DNA of 64,000 bases. It comes from Camelus ferus. Taxonomy: Eukaryota. The DNA is taken from the NCBI RefSeq assembly GCF_009834535.1, contig NC_045707.1:57476001-57540000 (forward strand). Direction: 5' to 3'. Position 1 is the first letter of the stretch. Each line of letters starts with the position of its first letter. A program made the position numbers and the translations under genes. Below the pieces are notes generated by a model. The model saw nothing but the letters and a program-made list of their open reading frames with translations, was not told the origin of the DNA and made no database searches. Shown piece by piece: positions 49,810 through 63,582 of this stretch.

Positions 49810-50750
49810 CATATTTTTTATTGAGATACAATTGCATGCCATAAAATTCACCCTTTTAAAGTGGCCAAGAGTATTTTCACAAAGTTGTACAGTCATCACC
49901 ACTAGTTTCATCACCCCAAGAAAAAACTCGGTATTCATTAGCAGTCACTTCCCACTTCCCACTCAGTCGCTGGCAACCACTAAGATGCTTTCTACAGATA
50001 TTCCCATTCTGGATAGTTCATATAAATGGAACAATTACAATATGTGGCTTTTTATGTCTGGCTTCTTTTGAAGCCGTGGGTGAAATCCACTTCACCTGCC
50101 TTTCCTAATCCAGGTTTTGAGACTAAGGTACTAAGATGTAGCCTAAAAAATAAGATGCTTGCCCGGGTTGTTTTCCTAGGAACTTGGAGTCAGCTGCGCC
50201 TAGTTGAGGCTGAGCCGAGTCAGCTGTGTCTCATTGGAGCTGAGCTGGTTAGGACTGGGTAGGACCACCCACCCTCGAACCAGGCATGCGCGAACATCCC
50301 CTCGTGACGTTCTGAACGTGCAGACGCTTGTAGCTTAGTTACGCCTGCGCAGGAGAACGATTATCGCACCTTTTTCCGATCATCTTTCCTCTCTCACTGT
50401 GCCCCAAACAGCCCTGCCTCTTTTTTCCCATAAGTACCCGCGCCCCTTGCCTTCCCGAAGCAGGTTTGGGATATCTTCTCCCGTCTCCTCGCTTTGCTGC
50501 AAACGTCGGCGTCTCACCGCTTTGGCTTGCTGCACATCGGGCAAAAGAAACCTGGTTAGTGACACCTTTCCTTAGCATAAAGTTTTCAGTGTTGAGCTGT
50601 GTTGTAGCATGAATAAGTACTTTATTCACTTTTGTGGCTGAATAATATTCCATTGTTTGAATATACCATATTTTGTTTTTCCGTTTTTTGGCCATTATGA
50701 ATATTTTATGGCTATAAAAACTTAAATACAAGGGTTTGTGTGGAGCCATA
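49810..50750 (-). mobile_element. L1MA/L1MB-type 3' end, split by a solo LTR
   Basis: tttttattgagatacaatt...cataaaattcacccttttaaagtg...ctggcaaccactaa...tatgtctggcttcttt | LTR | cttagcataa...gtactttattcacttttgtggctgaataatattccattgt. Confidence 0.8.
50069..50564 (+). mobile_element. Endogenous retrovirus solo LTR (496 bp), CpG-rich
   Basis: Begins TG (tgaagccg) and ends CA (tagtgaca), cleanly interrupting a contiguous L1 phrase. Near-TSD tcttt (50064-50068)/ccttt (50565-50569). Orientation is inferred from a TATA-like cataag at 50429 and is less certain. Confidence 0.8.
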
Positions 50751-50759
50751 TTGATGTTT

Positions 50760-51370
50760 AGTTTGTTTGAATTGGTACCAAAATAAAGTCCACATGGTGA
50801 TATTAGTTGATAAATCTTTTAAATCTCTATAGGTTCGTCCTCTACAGCTTTATGTTTAATTTTTTCAATTTGTTGAAGAAATTGAGTCATTTGTCCTGTG
50901 CAGTTTCCAAAGATTTGGATTTTGCTGATTGTGTCCTTTTGGCATAATTTCACATGTTTTTCTAACATCCGTAGTTTCATTAATTGGTAACTGAGTGTGG
51001 AGGCTTGATGAGATTCAGACTTGGTGGAGGAGGGGGCTGGTAGGATTATATTATGGGTAGTCTGATTCTACAAGCATCTGGTTGTCTCTCTTTTTTTGAT
51101 GTTAGCCATTGATGATCATTGCCGATATCCATTAAGGAATGAGAAGTAGTGATAGTCTAATTCTGTCAAATTTGTCCTCAACTATATTGTTACTGCATCA
51201 TTTGGTTTCTATGTAAAAAGGATAAAATGCTTGAATTGTTTCCCTTTATTTACTAGTTTTCTATATGAATTGCTTCATTATCATTTGTGGGCTTTAAAAA
51301 TGAACTCATGGATTAGACATATTTAGTATATTCTAATCCATTGGAGTTATTATTCTTTTTTAAAGTAGTA
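50760..51370 (-). mobile_element. L1MC-like 3' UTR remnant
   Basis: ttgttgaagaaattgagtcatttgtcctgtgcagtttcc...tggattttgctgattgtgtcc...gaggcttgatgagattcag. Confidence 0.55.
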
Positions 51371-51500
51371 CTTCAATTTAAAAAAATAAGTTTCTGTATT
51401 TGGGCAGGAACACCTAAATAGAATTTTTGACATTCATTATATTAGCTGATTGATACTTCTTTTGAAATGAAGTCCTCTTATTTAGAGTTTTTTTAAACTT

Positions 51501-53494
51501 ATTTTTTAAATTGAAGTATAGTTGATTTACAATGTTACAGTTTCTGGTATACAATAAAGTAATTCAGTTAGATGTATATGCTTTTTCTGATTCTTTTCCA
51601 TTTGTTACAAGTTTGTTGCATTATAGTTCCTGTGCTATACAGTAGGACCTTGTTATTTATCTATTTTACATGTAGTAGTTTGTATCTGCTAATCCCAAAC
51701 TCCCAATTTATACCCACCTGCCCCCCTTTCTTTGGTAACCATAAGATTGTTTTCTATGTCTGTGAGTCCATTTCTGTTTTGTAAGTTCCTTTGTATCATT
51801 TTTTTAGACTCCACATATAAGTGATACCATATTTGTCTTTCTCTGAGTTAGTAAAATAATCTCTGGGTCCACCCATGCAGCTGCAAATGGCATTATTTCA
51901 GTCTTCTTTATGGCTGAATAATAATCCATTGTATATGTATACACACACAACTGTTTTATCCGCTCATCTCTTGATGGACATTTAGATTGTTTCCATGTCT
52001 TGAGTATTGGAAATAGTGCTGCTATGAACATTGGGGTGCATGTATCTTTTCAAATTAGAGTTTTCTCTGGATATATATCCAGGAGTGGGATTGCTGGATC
52101 ATATGGTAACTGTTTTTAATTTTTAAGGAATCTCCATAATGTGTTCTATAGTGGCTGCACCAATTTACATTCCCACCAACAGTGTAGGAGGGTTCCCTTT
52201 TCTCCACACTGTCTCCAGCATTTATTATTTGTAGATTTTTTAGTGATGGGACAGATATGACATGATACCTCATTGTAGTTTTGATTTGCATTTCTCTGAT
52301 AGTTAGCAATGTTGAGCATCTTTTCATTTACCTATTGGTCATTTGTGCCTCCTCTTTGGAGAAATGTCTTTTTAGGTCTTCTGCTCATTTTTGATTGGGC
52401 TGGTTTGTTGTTGTTGTTGTTGAGCTGTATGAGCTGTTTATATATATTGGAAATTAATACCTTGTTGGTCACACCATTTGCAAATATTTTCTCCCAGTCG
52501 TAGGTTGTCTTTTCATTTTATTTATGGTTTAGTTTGCTGTGCAAAAGCTTGTAAGTTTGATTAGGTCTCATTTGTTTATCTTTGCTTTTATTTCTGTTGC
52601 CTTAGGAGACTGACCTAAGAAAACATTGTTATGGTTTATGTCAGAGGATGTTTTGCCTGTGTTCTCTTTAGGAGGTTTATGATATTCTGTCTTATGTTTG
52701 TCTTTAATCCATTTTGAGTTTATTTTTGTGTCTGGTGAGAGGGGAGTGTTCTAACTTCACTGATTTACATGTGGCTCTCCAGCTTTCCCAGCACCATTTG
52801 CTGAAGAGACTGTCTTTTCTCCATTATGTACTCTTGCCTCCTTTGTTGAAGATTAACTGACTGTAGGTGTGTGGGCTTGTTTCTGCGCTCTCTATTCTGT
52901 TGCATTGACCTATATGCCTATTTTTGTGCCAATACCACACTGCTGTGATTTTTGTATCTTTGTAGTATTACTCTTTTTCCTCAGTATGGCTTTGGCAATT
53001 CTGGGCCTTTTGTGATTTCATATCAATTTTAGGATTATTTGTTTTAGTTTTGTGAGAAAAATGTCCTGAGTAATTTGTAGATTGCTTGGGTAGTATGGCC
53101 ATTTTAACAATACTAATTCTTCCAATCCAAGTGCATGGGATTTCTTTCCATTTCTTTGAATCATCTTCAGGTTCCTTTGTCAATGTTTTATAGTTCTAAG
53201 CAGATAAGTCTTTCACCTCCTTGGTTAGGTTTTTTCCTAAGTATTTTGTTTTTTGATGTGATTTTTGAAAGTGATTTTTAAAATTTTCCTTTTCTGATAT
53301 TTCATTGTTTGTGTCAAAGAAATGCAACATACTACTGTATGTTAATCTTCTATCCTACTACCTTGGCTGAATTCATTGATCAGTTCTTGTAGTTTTTGTG
53401 TGGAGACTTTAGGGTTTTGTATATATAGTATCATGTCATCTGCATATAATGACAGTTTTACCTCGTTCTTTCCAGTTTGGATCCCTTTTATTTC
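51501..53494 (-). mobile_element. 5'-truncated L1 (~2 kb; ORF2 C-terminal part plus 3' UTR), inactive
   Basis: ORF fragments [42 protein letters not shown] and [23 protein letters not shown] are L1 ORF2 motifs broken by frameshifts. Candidate TSD tttaaactt at 51492-51500 and 53495-53503. Confidence 0.93.
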
Positions 53495-54601
53495 TTTAAA
53501 CTTCGGATTTTTTTTTCTGGTACATACATCTCTGAATTCTTATAAATTGTGGAGAAAATGTAAATGTTTCACTTGGGGGTGGTATGATCCACTGGGCATT
53601 AGAAGCTGGATGAGTGATTATCCTGAGAAGGTGAAATTATTTATGATCTTTAAAGGGAAATAAGAGCATGGAACATCCTAAGATCTGTTTGCTTCGAAAT
53701 TCATTTTGATTTATGATGAGGGAGTTAAATTTAACATGATTTCATTTTTTTCCCTAGCAGCCAATTTCCCTACATCATTTACTGAGGTAATATCTTTTCT
53801 CCCTCAGTGGGTGATATTTCCTTACTGACATATTAAAATCTTATAACATGACCTGTATTTAGAAAACTTATCTGTTTTATTAGGTATTATTTGCTTCTCA
53901 TATCAGTTACACACTTTAAATTTATTTAGATGATAAAATCTTAACACGTGAAAGGGAAATTCTCTCCTCATCACTCTTATTACTCAAAAAAGTTTAGCCT
54001 ATTTCTCAGTTACTCTTCCAGTTGAACTTAAGATGTTTTCATAAATATTAAATAATCTAATGCTATTTAAGATTTTTAAATTGGCATGTTAAACCTATGA
54101 AGTAATTTGAGAAGAACCATAGTAGGCTTCTCCTACCAAAAAATTTAAGCAGATTTTCGATTTCCCTGTTTCACAGTTTTCTTCAGAAATGACGTGTAAG
54201 TTTAGCCTCTTGGTATTTTGTTTCGGGTTTTATGAGTAAATTACTTTTTGTTCTCGCAATATATCTTCTCATTAATTGGTTATTTTGAATATTTTTTGGT
54301 CACTTGTATTAGAGAATTTCTTATTAAAGTTTTTCAGTCTACTTATTTGTATCTTCTAGGTGTGCAGTATTTTTGTATTGAATAATGGCAATTTTGACTT
54401 CTGTTATTTTTGTTTGCCTTATTGCTTTGGTTAGATGAGCAGTATACATTTTTAGTACCTGATTTTGATAAAATCTATCTCTAAAGTCTCTCTAGTACCC
54501 TAGTTATTTAAAGCATGTATGTATGTGTGTATGTTTCATGCAGTTACTATTTATTTAGCACTCATGTGCACACTGAAAGGGTGATTGGGATAGAGATACA
54601 A

Positions 54602-54639
54602 GTGTGTGTGTGTGTGTGTGTGTATGTATGTGTATGTAT
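54602..54639. repeat. (GT)n/(GTAT)n microsatellite
   Basis: gtgtgtgtgtgtgtgtgtgtgtatgtatgtgtatgtat. Confidence 0.9.
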
Positions 54640-57269
54640 CACTATCACTCTCTCTACCTGTCAACTCATCTATCACCTATCTATGCATGCATCTGCCTAT
54701 CCATCTGTCCGTATCTATCTTCAGAAAGTGAAGGATCATTGAACCCTTCCTGAGTCTACTTTGTGTCTGTCCCTGAGGAAGTGAGGCGCCTCTGAGTCCA
54801 GCTGGCCAGTAGGACCCCGCTCCCTGATGAGCCACTTCCCTGCCTCTGGCTTTTCTTGGATCTGTGTAGGGCCAGTTCCTGGATTCTCTAGCTCTGCTCC
54901 ACCTGCCTGTTATGATATGCTGCCTCTTACTAGTCCACCCTCGTGTGTCCTGCTAGCCTGGTTTGCCACCTGTTGCTCGTTACTGTCCTCTCTGGCCCTG
55001 GTGTCTGCCTCCCTGCGTGTACATATTGGCAGCTGAATCCAGACCTGCCTCTGCATCTCCGGCACCTGTCTCACCTCGTGGACTATTTGTTCCAAGTTTC
55101 TTCTGAAACTGCCTCTCCCTGCTTTTTTAGTCTAGTTAGTCTTGGTGAGGTCTTAAAGTATGTTAAACCCATTCCTGTCTCCTTAAGGAGTAAATATAAT
55201 GTTTTTTTTAAATTTGTTTTCTCAAAGAGGACTTTGATTATAATATTCTAATGGCTATTGAAATACGTTGGATTTCAGTAAGTGGTCTTGAAGTTATGTG
55301 TTGAGGGCTTTTGTGCTTTTAATAGGAAAGTAATATGATTTTAATAGGAAGGTATGTATGTGTGTGTGCACACACACACACAATGTAAGGATATAAACCA
55401 TTAATTTTTCTGTTTAACAAACTGCTGTGAACTGTTAAACCACACTTGTTGAAGTGTCCATAATGTAAGGAAAAAAAGACTGTTGATGAACTATTTTTCA
55501 TAAGTTGTCCAATTGTACAGAATTCCTTTCTGTCACCTTCAGCTGTTTAAAGCTTTTTTGCATTCTATTAAGATCTTAGTTTCATTCTGGGTAACTGCTG
55601 ATCCTGAACAATTGCTATGTGCCCATTTCCCCTGCTCCTCCACCTTTATTTATCTTTGATCCAGTCATGTTTGTTTGATCCCTGTTGGAGAAGACATTTT
55701 AGCAAGTGTGGTTGGGCAGGAAAATACACCGTCACATAGGCAGCATTATTTTACTTCTTCTAAGGCATGCTTTTCAGTTTCATGTATTGGTCCAAGTTCA
55801 TCTCATATATAAGATACTATGCCCAATGCAGCGAAGTTAAAATCATGAGAAAAACTTAGTCTTTGCTCACAACCAGCTAGTGAGTGGAGAATGCCAGCAG
55901 AGGGTAAGAGCTATGGAGGAAAATGCAGGAGCCAAAGCATGGTATTGGAATGTGCTGGGTGTGTGTCAGTAGGCAGCAAGCATTCTGGTTTGGTTTAGGT
56001 CTGGAAAACTAGAGTGAGACTGTGGGAAGGGCATTTTTTTTTCTTTACGTGTTTAATATGCAATGAAGGGCTACCAAACAGATCTGTAAAATGACCAGAG
56101 CTGACGGCTAGGGAGATGAATCTGGCAAGAAGTTGCAGAGAATTGAAAAAACAAATAAATAATACAGTTTGGCTGGGATCAAGTATTTACTGGAGGAGGC
56201 AGCAAATATAGAAAGAATACCACACTAGCGACCTGAATTCAAAGGCTAGCAGTACCACTGGCTGATATCATGAGATGAATAATTTGCATAAAGGGCTTAT
56301 TTTGGATGTTTTCTGGAAACTTCTGTTCTTGATGGGAGTAATTAGAGTTCACGTGCATGCTTTACATCCAAGCCGGTGATATCAAAGGTATACCCGATAG
56401 TCTGTAGGTCACACAGTGGCATATGGTGACTAATACTATAAACTCTGAAATCAGATTTCCGATTTTAGCTCTAGGTCATAGCACCTACTTGCCAGAATTG
56501 TCAGGCGATTAATTAATATTTGTAAAATCCTTAGAAGAGTGCCTGGCACATAGTAATGATTTGATAAAGTTATTAATTATAGTAAGTAAAATTGTTAAGT
56601 CTACTTCACGCAAATGATTCATATCACAATTGTCAGTGTATTCCTTAAAATAATTCTGATGTCACAGCCCAGGGAGCGGGTGTTGGCCCTGTTAGCCTGC
56701 GTCAGCTTTATGAATGTGCTGCCCTGAGGCTGATGGAGCTCTGTATTCCCGTACAAGAGTCCGGCATGTGAATTCATCATGTCTTCCACAGCAGTTCACC
56801 TGGTTATAAATACTAAGTGAATAAGAACTTGGTGAATTCTGTGGAAAGCACTTGTAGCGTGTCAAGTTTTATTTTTAATGTTGGAAACACCAATTGTTAG
56901 TGCTTTGGGAATGGAGTAAATAAGTAATTATTTCTCTCCATATTGCCCTCATTCAAGTGAGAGAGCAGGACACTTTGATTAGTGAAAATAATCCATAAAC
57001 ATTTAAGTCATTGTATTAAATTACTAACATTTAAATCATACTCATACTTTTAAAATCATGAAATACTTCAAACACAGAAAATATTTAAATCATTTATTTA
57101 AAATTTATTAAATTATTAAATATATAAAATTATACATTAGATATGTATAGCATGTAATATAAAATTATAATTATATAGAATATATCAGTAATATATACAT
57201 AAAATAATAATTATTTAAATGTTTTTACTCATTACTTAATGTTAAATCTTTGTTGCCATATATGCTTTA

Positions 57270-57470
57270 AATTTTTTATTGAAGTGTTGTTGACTTAGCA
57301 ATGTACAATTTAGCAAGTGTTAGCTTTCGGTGTAAAGCATGGTGATTTGGTTGTACTTTTATATATATATGTATTCTTCCTCCAGTTCTCTTTCATTATA
57401 GCTTATTACAAAATAGCGAATATCATTCTCTGCTGTACAGTAGGACCTTGCTGTTTATCTATTTGTATTT
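57270..57470 (-). mobile_element. Short L1 3' end fragment
   Basis: ttttttattgaagtg..gttgactta...ttctctgctgtacagtaggaccttgctgtttatctattt, similar to 51501-51670. Confidence 0.75.
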
Positions 57471-57519
57471 TAAAAACATTACATAAAAGCATGTTATAAA
57501 TATCTTAACTATTTTCGTT

Positions 57520-59470
57520 ATTTTAATCAACTTTATTGAATTATCATTTACATGAAAAAATGTACTCATTGCATATATACAATTCAAAGCATTTTAAGAA
57601 ATGAATATACCTATATAAATATCACTCCATTTGAGACATAGAACACATTCATCGCCCCCCAAAAGTTCTCTTTTGTCCACTGCACTCAAGTCCCCACATA
57701 TACCCTACTCCAGGAAATCACTGATTTGATCTCCATCACTATAGTTTAGTTTGACCTGCTCTAGAACTTGATCTAAGTGGATTCTAACAATATATATTCC
57801 CTTTTGTCTGTCTTCTTTCACTCAGCATCGTGTTTTTGAGGATTTTCCCTATTCTTATGTGTATCAATAGTTCATGTCTATTTTATTGCCATGTTCTAGT
57901 TCATTGCCAAAAAACACCACAATTTATTTATTCATTCATGCTGATGAGTATTTGGACTCTTTCCAATTTTTGGCCAGTATGAATAAAACTGCTAAGTGTA
58001 CTGTTAGTACAAGTCCTTTTCTGGAAATGAATTTTAATTTCTCTTGGATAAATGACTAGGAGTGGTAATGCTTGGTAATTTTGTTTAACTTTATAAGAAA
58101 CTACCAAACTGTTTTCCAAAGTGATTGTATTATATGTCATAGCAGTTCCAGCTGCTCCCAGTCCATGCTGGGATGACCTGATAATACCAGTCATTTTAGC
58201 TTTAATCATTCTGTTAGTATGGTTATTTCATTCTGATTTTAATTTTCATTCCCTTGATGACTAATGATGCTGAGCACTTTTTCATATATTGGCCAAATGT
58301 GTGTATTATTCTGTAAGTTTACATGTATTCTGAATACTAGCCTCAGGACTTGAATCTTGTCACATTTATTGTGCCATTTTCGCTCATTCTCCCAGCCTGT
58401 GGCTTGATTTTCTTAATAACGTCTTTTGAAGAGCAAGGTGTTATAATTTTAATGAAGTAAAATATCATTTTTTATTTTATATTTCATTTCTTTATACTCT
58501 AAGAAATCTTTGCCTATCCCAAAGGCATGAGAATTTTCTTACTTTTTTCTATAAGCTTTATAGTTTTAGCCTCTACATTTAGATCTGCGTTGCATTTCAA
58601 GTTAACTTTTGTATTTGTCTTATGGGCTAGACATGAAGGTTCATGTTTTTCCATTATGACTCTCTTTTCTCCATTGAATTACTTTGTCACCTTTGTTGGA
58701 ACGTAAATGACCAGCTATGTGAGAAATCATTTTTTGACTTTGTATTTTTTCTTTTAATGACAAATAGTATAGATATATAGTGTAAATCACCATTTAAAAA
58801 TTATTTTGGCTATTCTAGATCTTGTGCATCATATCCATATAAATTGTAAAACCAGTTTATCAATTTCTAGAAAACAAAGCCTTATGGGATTAAGACTGGT
58901 ACTCCATTGAGTCAGTAGATCAGTATGAGGAGAATTGACTTCTCTGCATTTCTGAGTTTTTGAGTTCATGGACATGAATTTTAAAAAGCTTGTCTTTAAT
59001 TCTTCTCATCAATATTGTTTTTAGTGTATATATCTTGTAGATACTTTAAGTTTACTCTAAGCACTTTATGTTTACAATGCTATTGTTAATGATATTTTTA
59101 ATTACAATTTCCAGTTCTTTGATGGCATGTGGACATAAAATTGATTTATGTATCTTGATCTGATATCTTGTAACCTTTTAAAAGCTATTTATTATACCTA
59201 GCAGCTTTTTTGTAGATTTCTCAGGAATTTCCTCATAGTTATTCTTTGATAGAGAGAATTTTGTCTCTTCATTTACAAACCTTATTCCTTTTTTCTTTCC
59301 TCATTGTAATGTCTAGGAACACAAGTACAAGGTTGAATAGGTGTGAAAGTGTTCATTTTTGCCTTTTTCTTGATCCTAGGATGAAGGCCTTTAAGTGTTT
59401 TGCCATGGTGTTAGCTCTAGCTTTTTTGTACTTACGCTTAATCAGGTTTAAGAGGTATTTTCAGCACTTT
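57520..59470 (-). mobile_element. Old L1M (L1MB/MC-like) 3' region and ORF2 remnant
   Basis: tcaactttattga...cttctttcactcagcat...gctgatgagtatttggact...agaaactaccaaactgttttccaaagtgattgta...cttttctccattgaattactttgtcacctttgtt. Confidence 0.75.
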
Positions 59471-61169
59471 GAGTATGTCATTCCAGTATAGGTTGGCTTG
59501 CATTGTTCCTGAGTAGAAGCTGGCTTGTTTTCTTATTTTGGAACCCCTCAGTAGGTCTGTTTTCTTTATTGCCTTTTAAAAAATTTTATCTTTATCATTG
59601 GCTTTCAGCAACTTGATCATGATGTGCATCTTCCATCTTTACTGAATATGATCTCAGGCACATTTGTTAAGTTTCATTATATTTATCTGTAATATGGGAC
59701 ACTGCAGATCTTAGAGGATTTCATAAGGATGAATCAGGATGATGGGTGTAAACACTGTAAAAAGTTTATAGTTTACTAAAATGACTCTCAATCTAATACT
59801 TTGAGCAAAGTTTAAACTAAATTTTGATCCTAGAAACAGTCTTGTTAACAAGGGCGAATAATGCTTTTCATTACCTTCTGTTTAGTTAATTTTCAAATGA
59901 ATATATTGCAGACACTGATTTAGTATTTCCATTTGAAACACCTGAAATGAAATTTTTCTTGATTTGTTTTCCAAGTCACATTTTGTGTGATTATGTACAT
60001 GTTTGTTTATTCATTTTAGTCCAAACATCTGTTCACAACTCTCAGTAATTCATGAAAAAAAAAAGTTCAGTGGTCAGTGTACCTGTCATAATGTTTTCTT
60101 CATTGTGTGCATGTGTAACAAACAAACATGAGTCTTAAAATGGGATGCATTATCTTACTGATAAACATTACACACTGTCCAGCCTGGGTAAAAAAAAAAA
60201 ATTCGTAGAATTCACTGTACTTCTCAACACTTCCAAATATGTGATATAATCTATTCCTCAGAATATCTTCATGAACTGATGAAATCAGGAGTCCTGATTC
60301 CAAATGGAAACTCCACTCATATTTATGATGTCATTTACCACGAAATACTACTTGTCCTAAGAAGGCAAGCTGTTTTGCCAAGATTATGCTTTATAAACTT
60401 TTCACACATTTTCACTTTTAGTGTCATTCAGTTGGGAATTTCAGGTCATAGGCTTCATCAGTATTTCCACTGTGAGTTTTCTAAAAGCTGGCCTACAAAA
60501 ATGGACTTACCATAATAATGTCATGGACATACAGAGTACTTTGAACTTAAATTTCGTTTCTAAATCTAGCATTGGGTACCAGATGTGAAGAGCGAATCAC
60601 CGTCTCCTTTACGAAGAGGGCAAGGTCTAATTAGCTTTTTCAAAAGACTTATTATACATTTCACCTATAAAGCGAAAGAAGAAAATGATGCGTTTTAAAG
60701 CAGGATGAAAGTAGAGGTGATGCCCGCAGCTGCTCTCGTCTCTGGCAAACTATTCTGAGAGGCTCCAGTTTCATTCGGTTCAGATGAAACACATGTTGCT
60801 CATTTATTGTACATGTGCTTCAACGTATTTTGACAAATCTGATCTAAAAATGTTACAGATGTTCCTCATTATTTTAATTTGCACTTAGTAGCTAACTATA
60901 AACCTTGGCTATAAACTAGCCTTTTCACGATATAATTAAGAGAAAATTTAGCTGTCGTTGATATGTTAGTTTCAATTCACTTTCAGTTAGTTTTGTGGTG
61001 TAGGTGGTGAACTGTACACATTGAACAGGTGCTGCTATAATTTGTTTCTGATAATTAAGACGTATTTTTAGCATGTTTCAAATAATTTCAGGTAAAAATA
61101 AAATTATTTTAATCTTGTCTTTTGGAGATTTGCTGTTCACTGTATGGCCTGAGATCAAGCAGCAATATT

Positions 61170-61292
61170 ACAATTTGAGTCTTTCTAGAAATGAAGAATC
61201 TTAAGTCTTACCTGGACCTACTGAAACCGAATCTGCATTTTAGTACAATCCGCAGATGATTCGTATACACATAAGTTTGATAGGCACTCTTT
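61170..61292. mobile_element. MER5A-like DNA transposon fragment
   Basis: tagaaatgaagaatctta...ggacctactgaaaccgaatctgcatttta...cagatgattcgtatacacataagtttga. Confidence 0.65.
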
Positions 61293-62327
61293 TAGGGTAG
61301 GCCTTACATTAAAACTATTTTATATGCGCACACATGCAAATACATATGGGTCAGACCTGAAACACTATGCTGTACCCTCTGTCTTGTATAGAATCATAGA
61401 AAATGGACTGGCTTGTGGATTGATCTGTTTATTTTCTTATCATTTAATACACTTAAAGGTAAACTCCCTAATACTTTCCACAGGCTGTCATCAGTCTTCG
61501 TGAATATAAAACCCCACATTCATAAGTGCTGGCTTACCACATATTTTCAGTGACTGATACATGAAGCAAACTGAAGAACTTCTAACTCCAACTTGAATCT
61601 TTTTAGAGTTTTCAGTTTATTGTCTTCTGTAACTTTCTATAGAGTAAACTTGTTGGTTGAAACATTAATAGATTATATTTATTTACATGCCTTTGCCATT
61701 AAAAAAACAGAAAGCAGAATTGCTTGTAAGACTAAAGGATTTAATGTCTTGGATAATAAATACTCGATTTTAAAATTACTATCTGTGGATACCTTGGGAA
61801 ATCATTATATCTTACTTATATTCATTATTATTACACTGTACTTTATACTTTATTACATTATGATATTATCAATTATATCTTAGTATGTGATACAAAATCA
61901 AATTTGTTTATAAGGACCTCTGAAATCTAGTTGCAAAGTAACTCAGTTTCTTAAAATTCACTTTTATCGGCCATCATTTTCTCTATATTCCAGCAGAAAT
62001 AAGCATGATATAATTCTTACCATGAAAGAAATAATACTATTTTATGACCCTTAACTGAAATCAATGACAAAATAATTTCATATAGTTCAAAACTTACTTA
62101 GTATATTGTCACTATACAACAAAAAGGAGGGTGAAATAGCTTCTTTAAAAAAAAATCTCTAATTTGCTACAATCTGGTTAATCTCTTTGTTTTCAGTTCC
62201 ACCAAATATACTTTTCAGTAATCAACCTTGGGAAATGAAATAAGGACCATTTGATGTAATCTATCCAGAAGTCACTTGGCACCACAGCAGCACATCATTG
62301 GTTTACAAGCTTCCAACACATTACATT

Positions 62328-62333
62328 TTTATT
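62328..62333 (-). terminator. PTPRQ: Probable PTPRQ polyadenylation signal AATAAA
   Basis: tttatt on + strand ~840 nt past the PTPRQ stop, followed on the minus strand by GU-rich sequence. Confidence 0.55.
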
Positions 62334-63174
62334 ACTGCTTTTATACATTTCTGCTGAAGAAACCCTTCAAAACTGTTATTAGCTTGAATATGTATCTAAT
62401 GGACAAATACTGATACATTCAACTGTGCATTGAAATGTACAATACAGTGGTAGAGCTTATCCCTGAAAATGTACAAAGGTAGACAGGCTGGAAAAGTATT
62501 CTGCAACTTCATATGACCAGTTGCACTGTTTAATTTTTCCTTTTGTTTTTTCAAATGAAAGATCACAATGCAATTTAAATAGCCCTAAGTGTCCCTGAAG
62601 AGCTACTGTGTGTTGCATAAAGGCTAAGTAATCCCGCAGTGTCAGGGGGTTACTGTTCAGCTGTTTGAGATCAGGAGATGATATCTCAGCACTCATAAAA
62701 CAGAGGATTCAAAACACAGGGGCATACATGGAAGTGCAGATCATGATGACAGTCCTGGAAGTTATCCACAAGAAATGTCAACACCCCGGAGGCCAAAATA
62801 GCACTACTGAATCAACATTTACAACTTTTGTTCAAGACTGAATCCAATATGTAGGGAAAATTCGCATTGAACCATTAATGCAAATATAATAATAGTTTTA
62901 TATTTGGCTCATTCCCCAAATACAGAAGGCTTCAAAATCTCTGGGGTATCTTTTCTTAAACACTTTAAGTATAAAGTATTCTGTACAAAACAGCTATCCT
63001 GAATTAGCTCCTTCATAGAACTATTCATAACATGTCAGCCCGTTTAGTAAGGCACAGTAAGAGAAGCATGGAGATTTATTTCAGGTTGCACGTTTCAATT
63101 CAGAAGACTGAGGGGGTAACTTTGGCCCCTGGGACTTGGAAGTATCTTCCAGTTGTACTCTTTGGTCTGAATAT

Positions 63175-63212
63175 TTACATGGTGGTTTCTTCCCATTCAA
63201 GCTCAACATCAC
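63175..63212 (-). CDS. PTPRQ: Receptor-type phosphatidylinositol phosphatase PTPRQ, last coding exon (38 nt incl. TAA)
   Basis: ttatgttatag|GT GAT GTT GAG CTT GAA TGG GAA GAA ACC ACC ATG TAA = (G)DVELEWEETTM*, the PTPRQ C-terminus; phase matches the previous exon. Not in the ORF track. Confidence 0.93.
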
Positions 63213-63458
63213 CTATAACATAAAGTAACATGTCACAAGACGATTAAAGTTAACAGTTCAAAAGATTTAAATGTTTCATGGCAGTCATGTACTATACATA
63301 GAAAGGATATTATCCTATCTTGGATTAGAGAGAAATGAAAAAATTGGTATGTGCACCAACCAAGCTTCTAAAACATTTTCAACATATGGTTATTACTAAA
63401 TTAATGCTCCTGCTATAGGTGATAAACTGGTAAATCGATACACTTTGCCTCTGTTTAC

Positions 63459-63582
63459 CTTCCATGGCATCCAAAGAGTCCATCTTCTGAAGTGCTGAAT
63501 AGTTAACAAAGCAGATGGGCTGATTACTTCCTTTACTTGATAAGAGATCCAGAATGCACTGATGTAGAAAGATATACTGCGC
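63459..63582 (-). CDS. PTPRQ: PTPRQ penultimate coding exon (124 nt); gene continues beyond the window
   Basis: ggtgtctag|[41 protein letters not shown]+G|gtaaac. This is the end of the PTP domain (QY.F motif). Consistent with the known order PTPRQ-MYF6-MYF5. Confidence 0.95.

Noticed and set aside
57085..57225. Extremely AT-rich tract with short palindromes (similar tract at 43270-43340)
   Set aside because: Low-complexity DNA next to L1 tails; palindromes are expected by chance at this composition.
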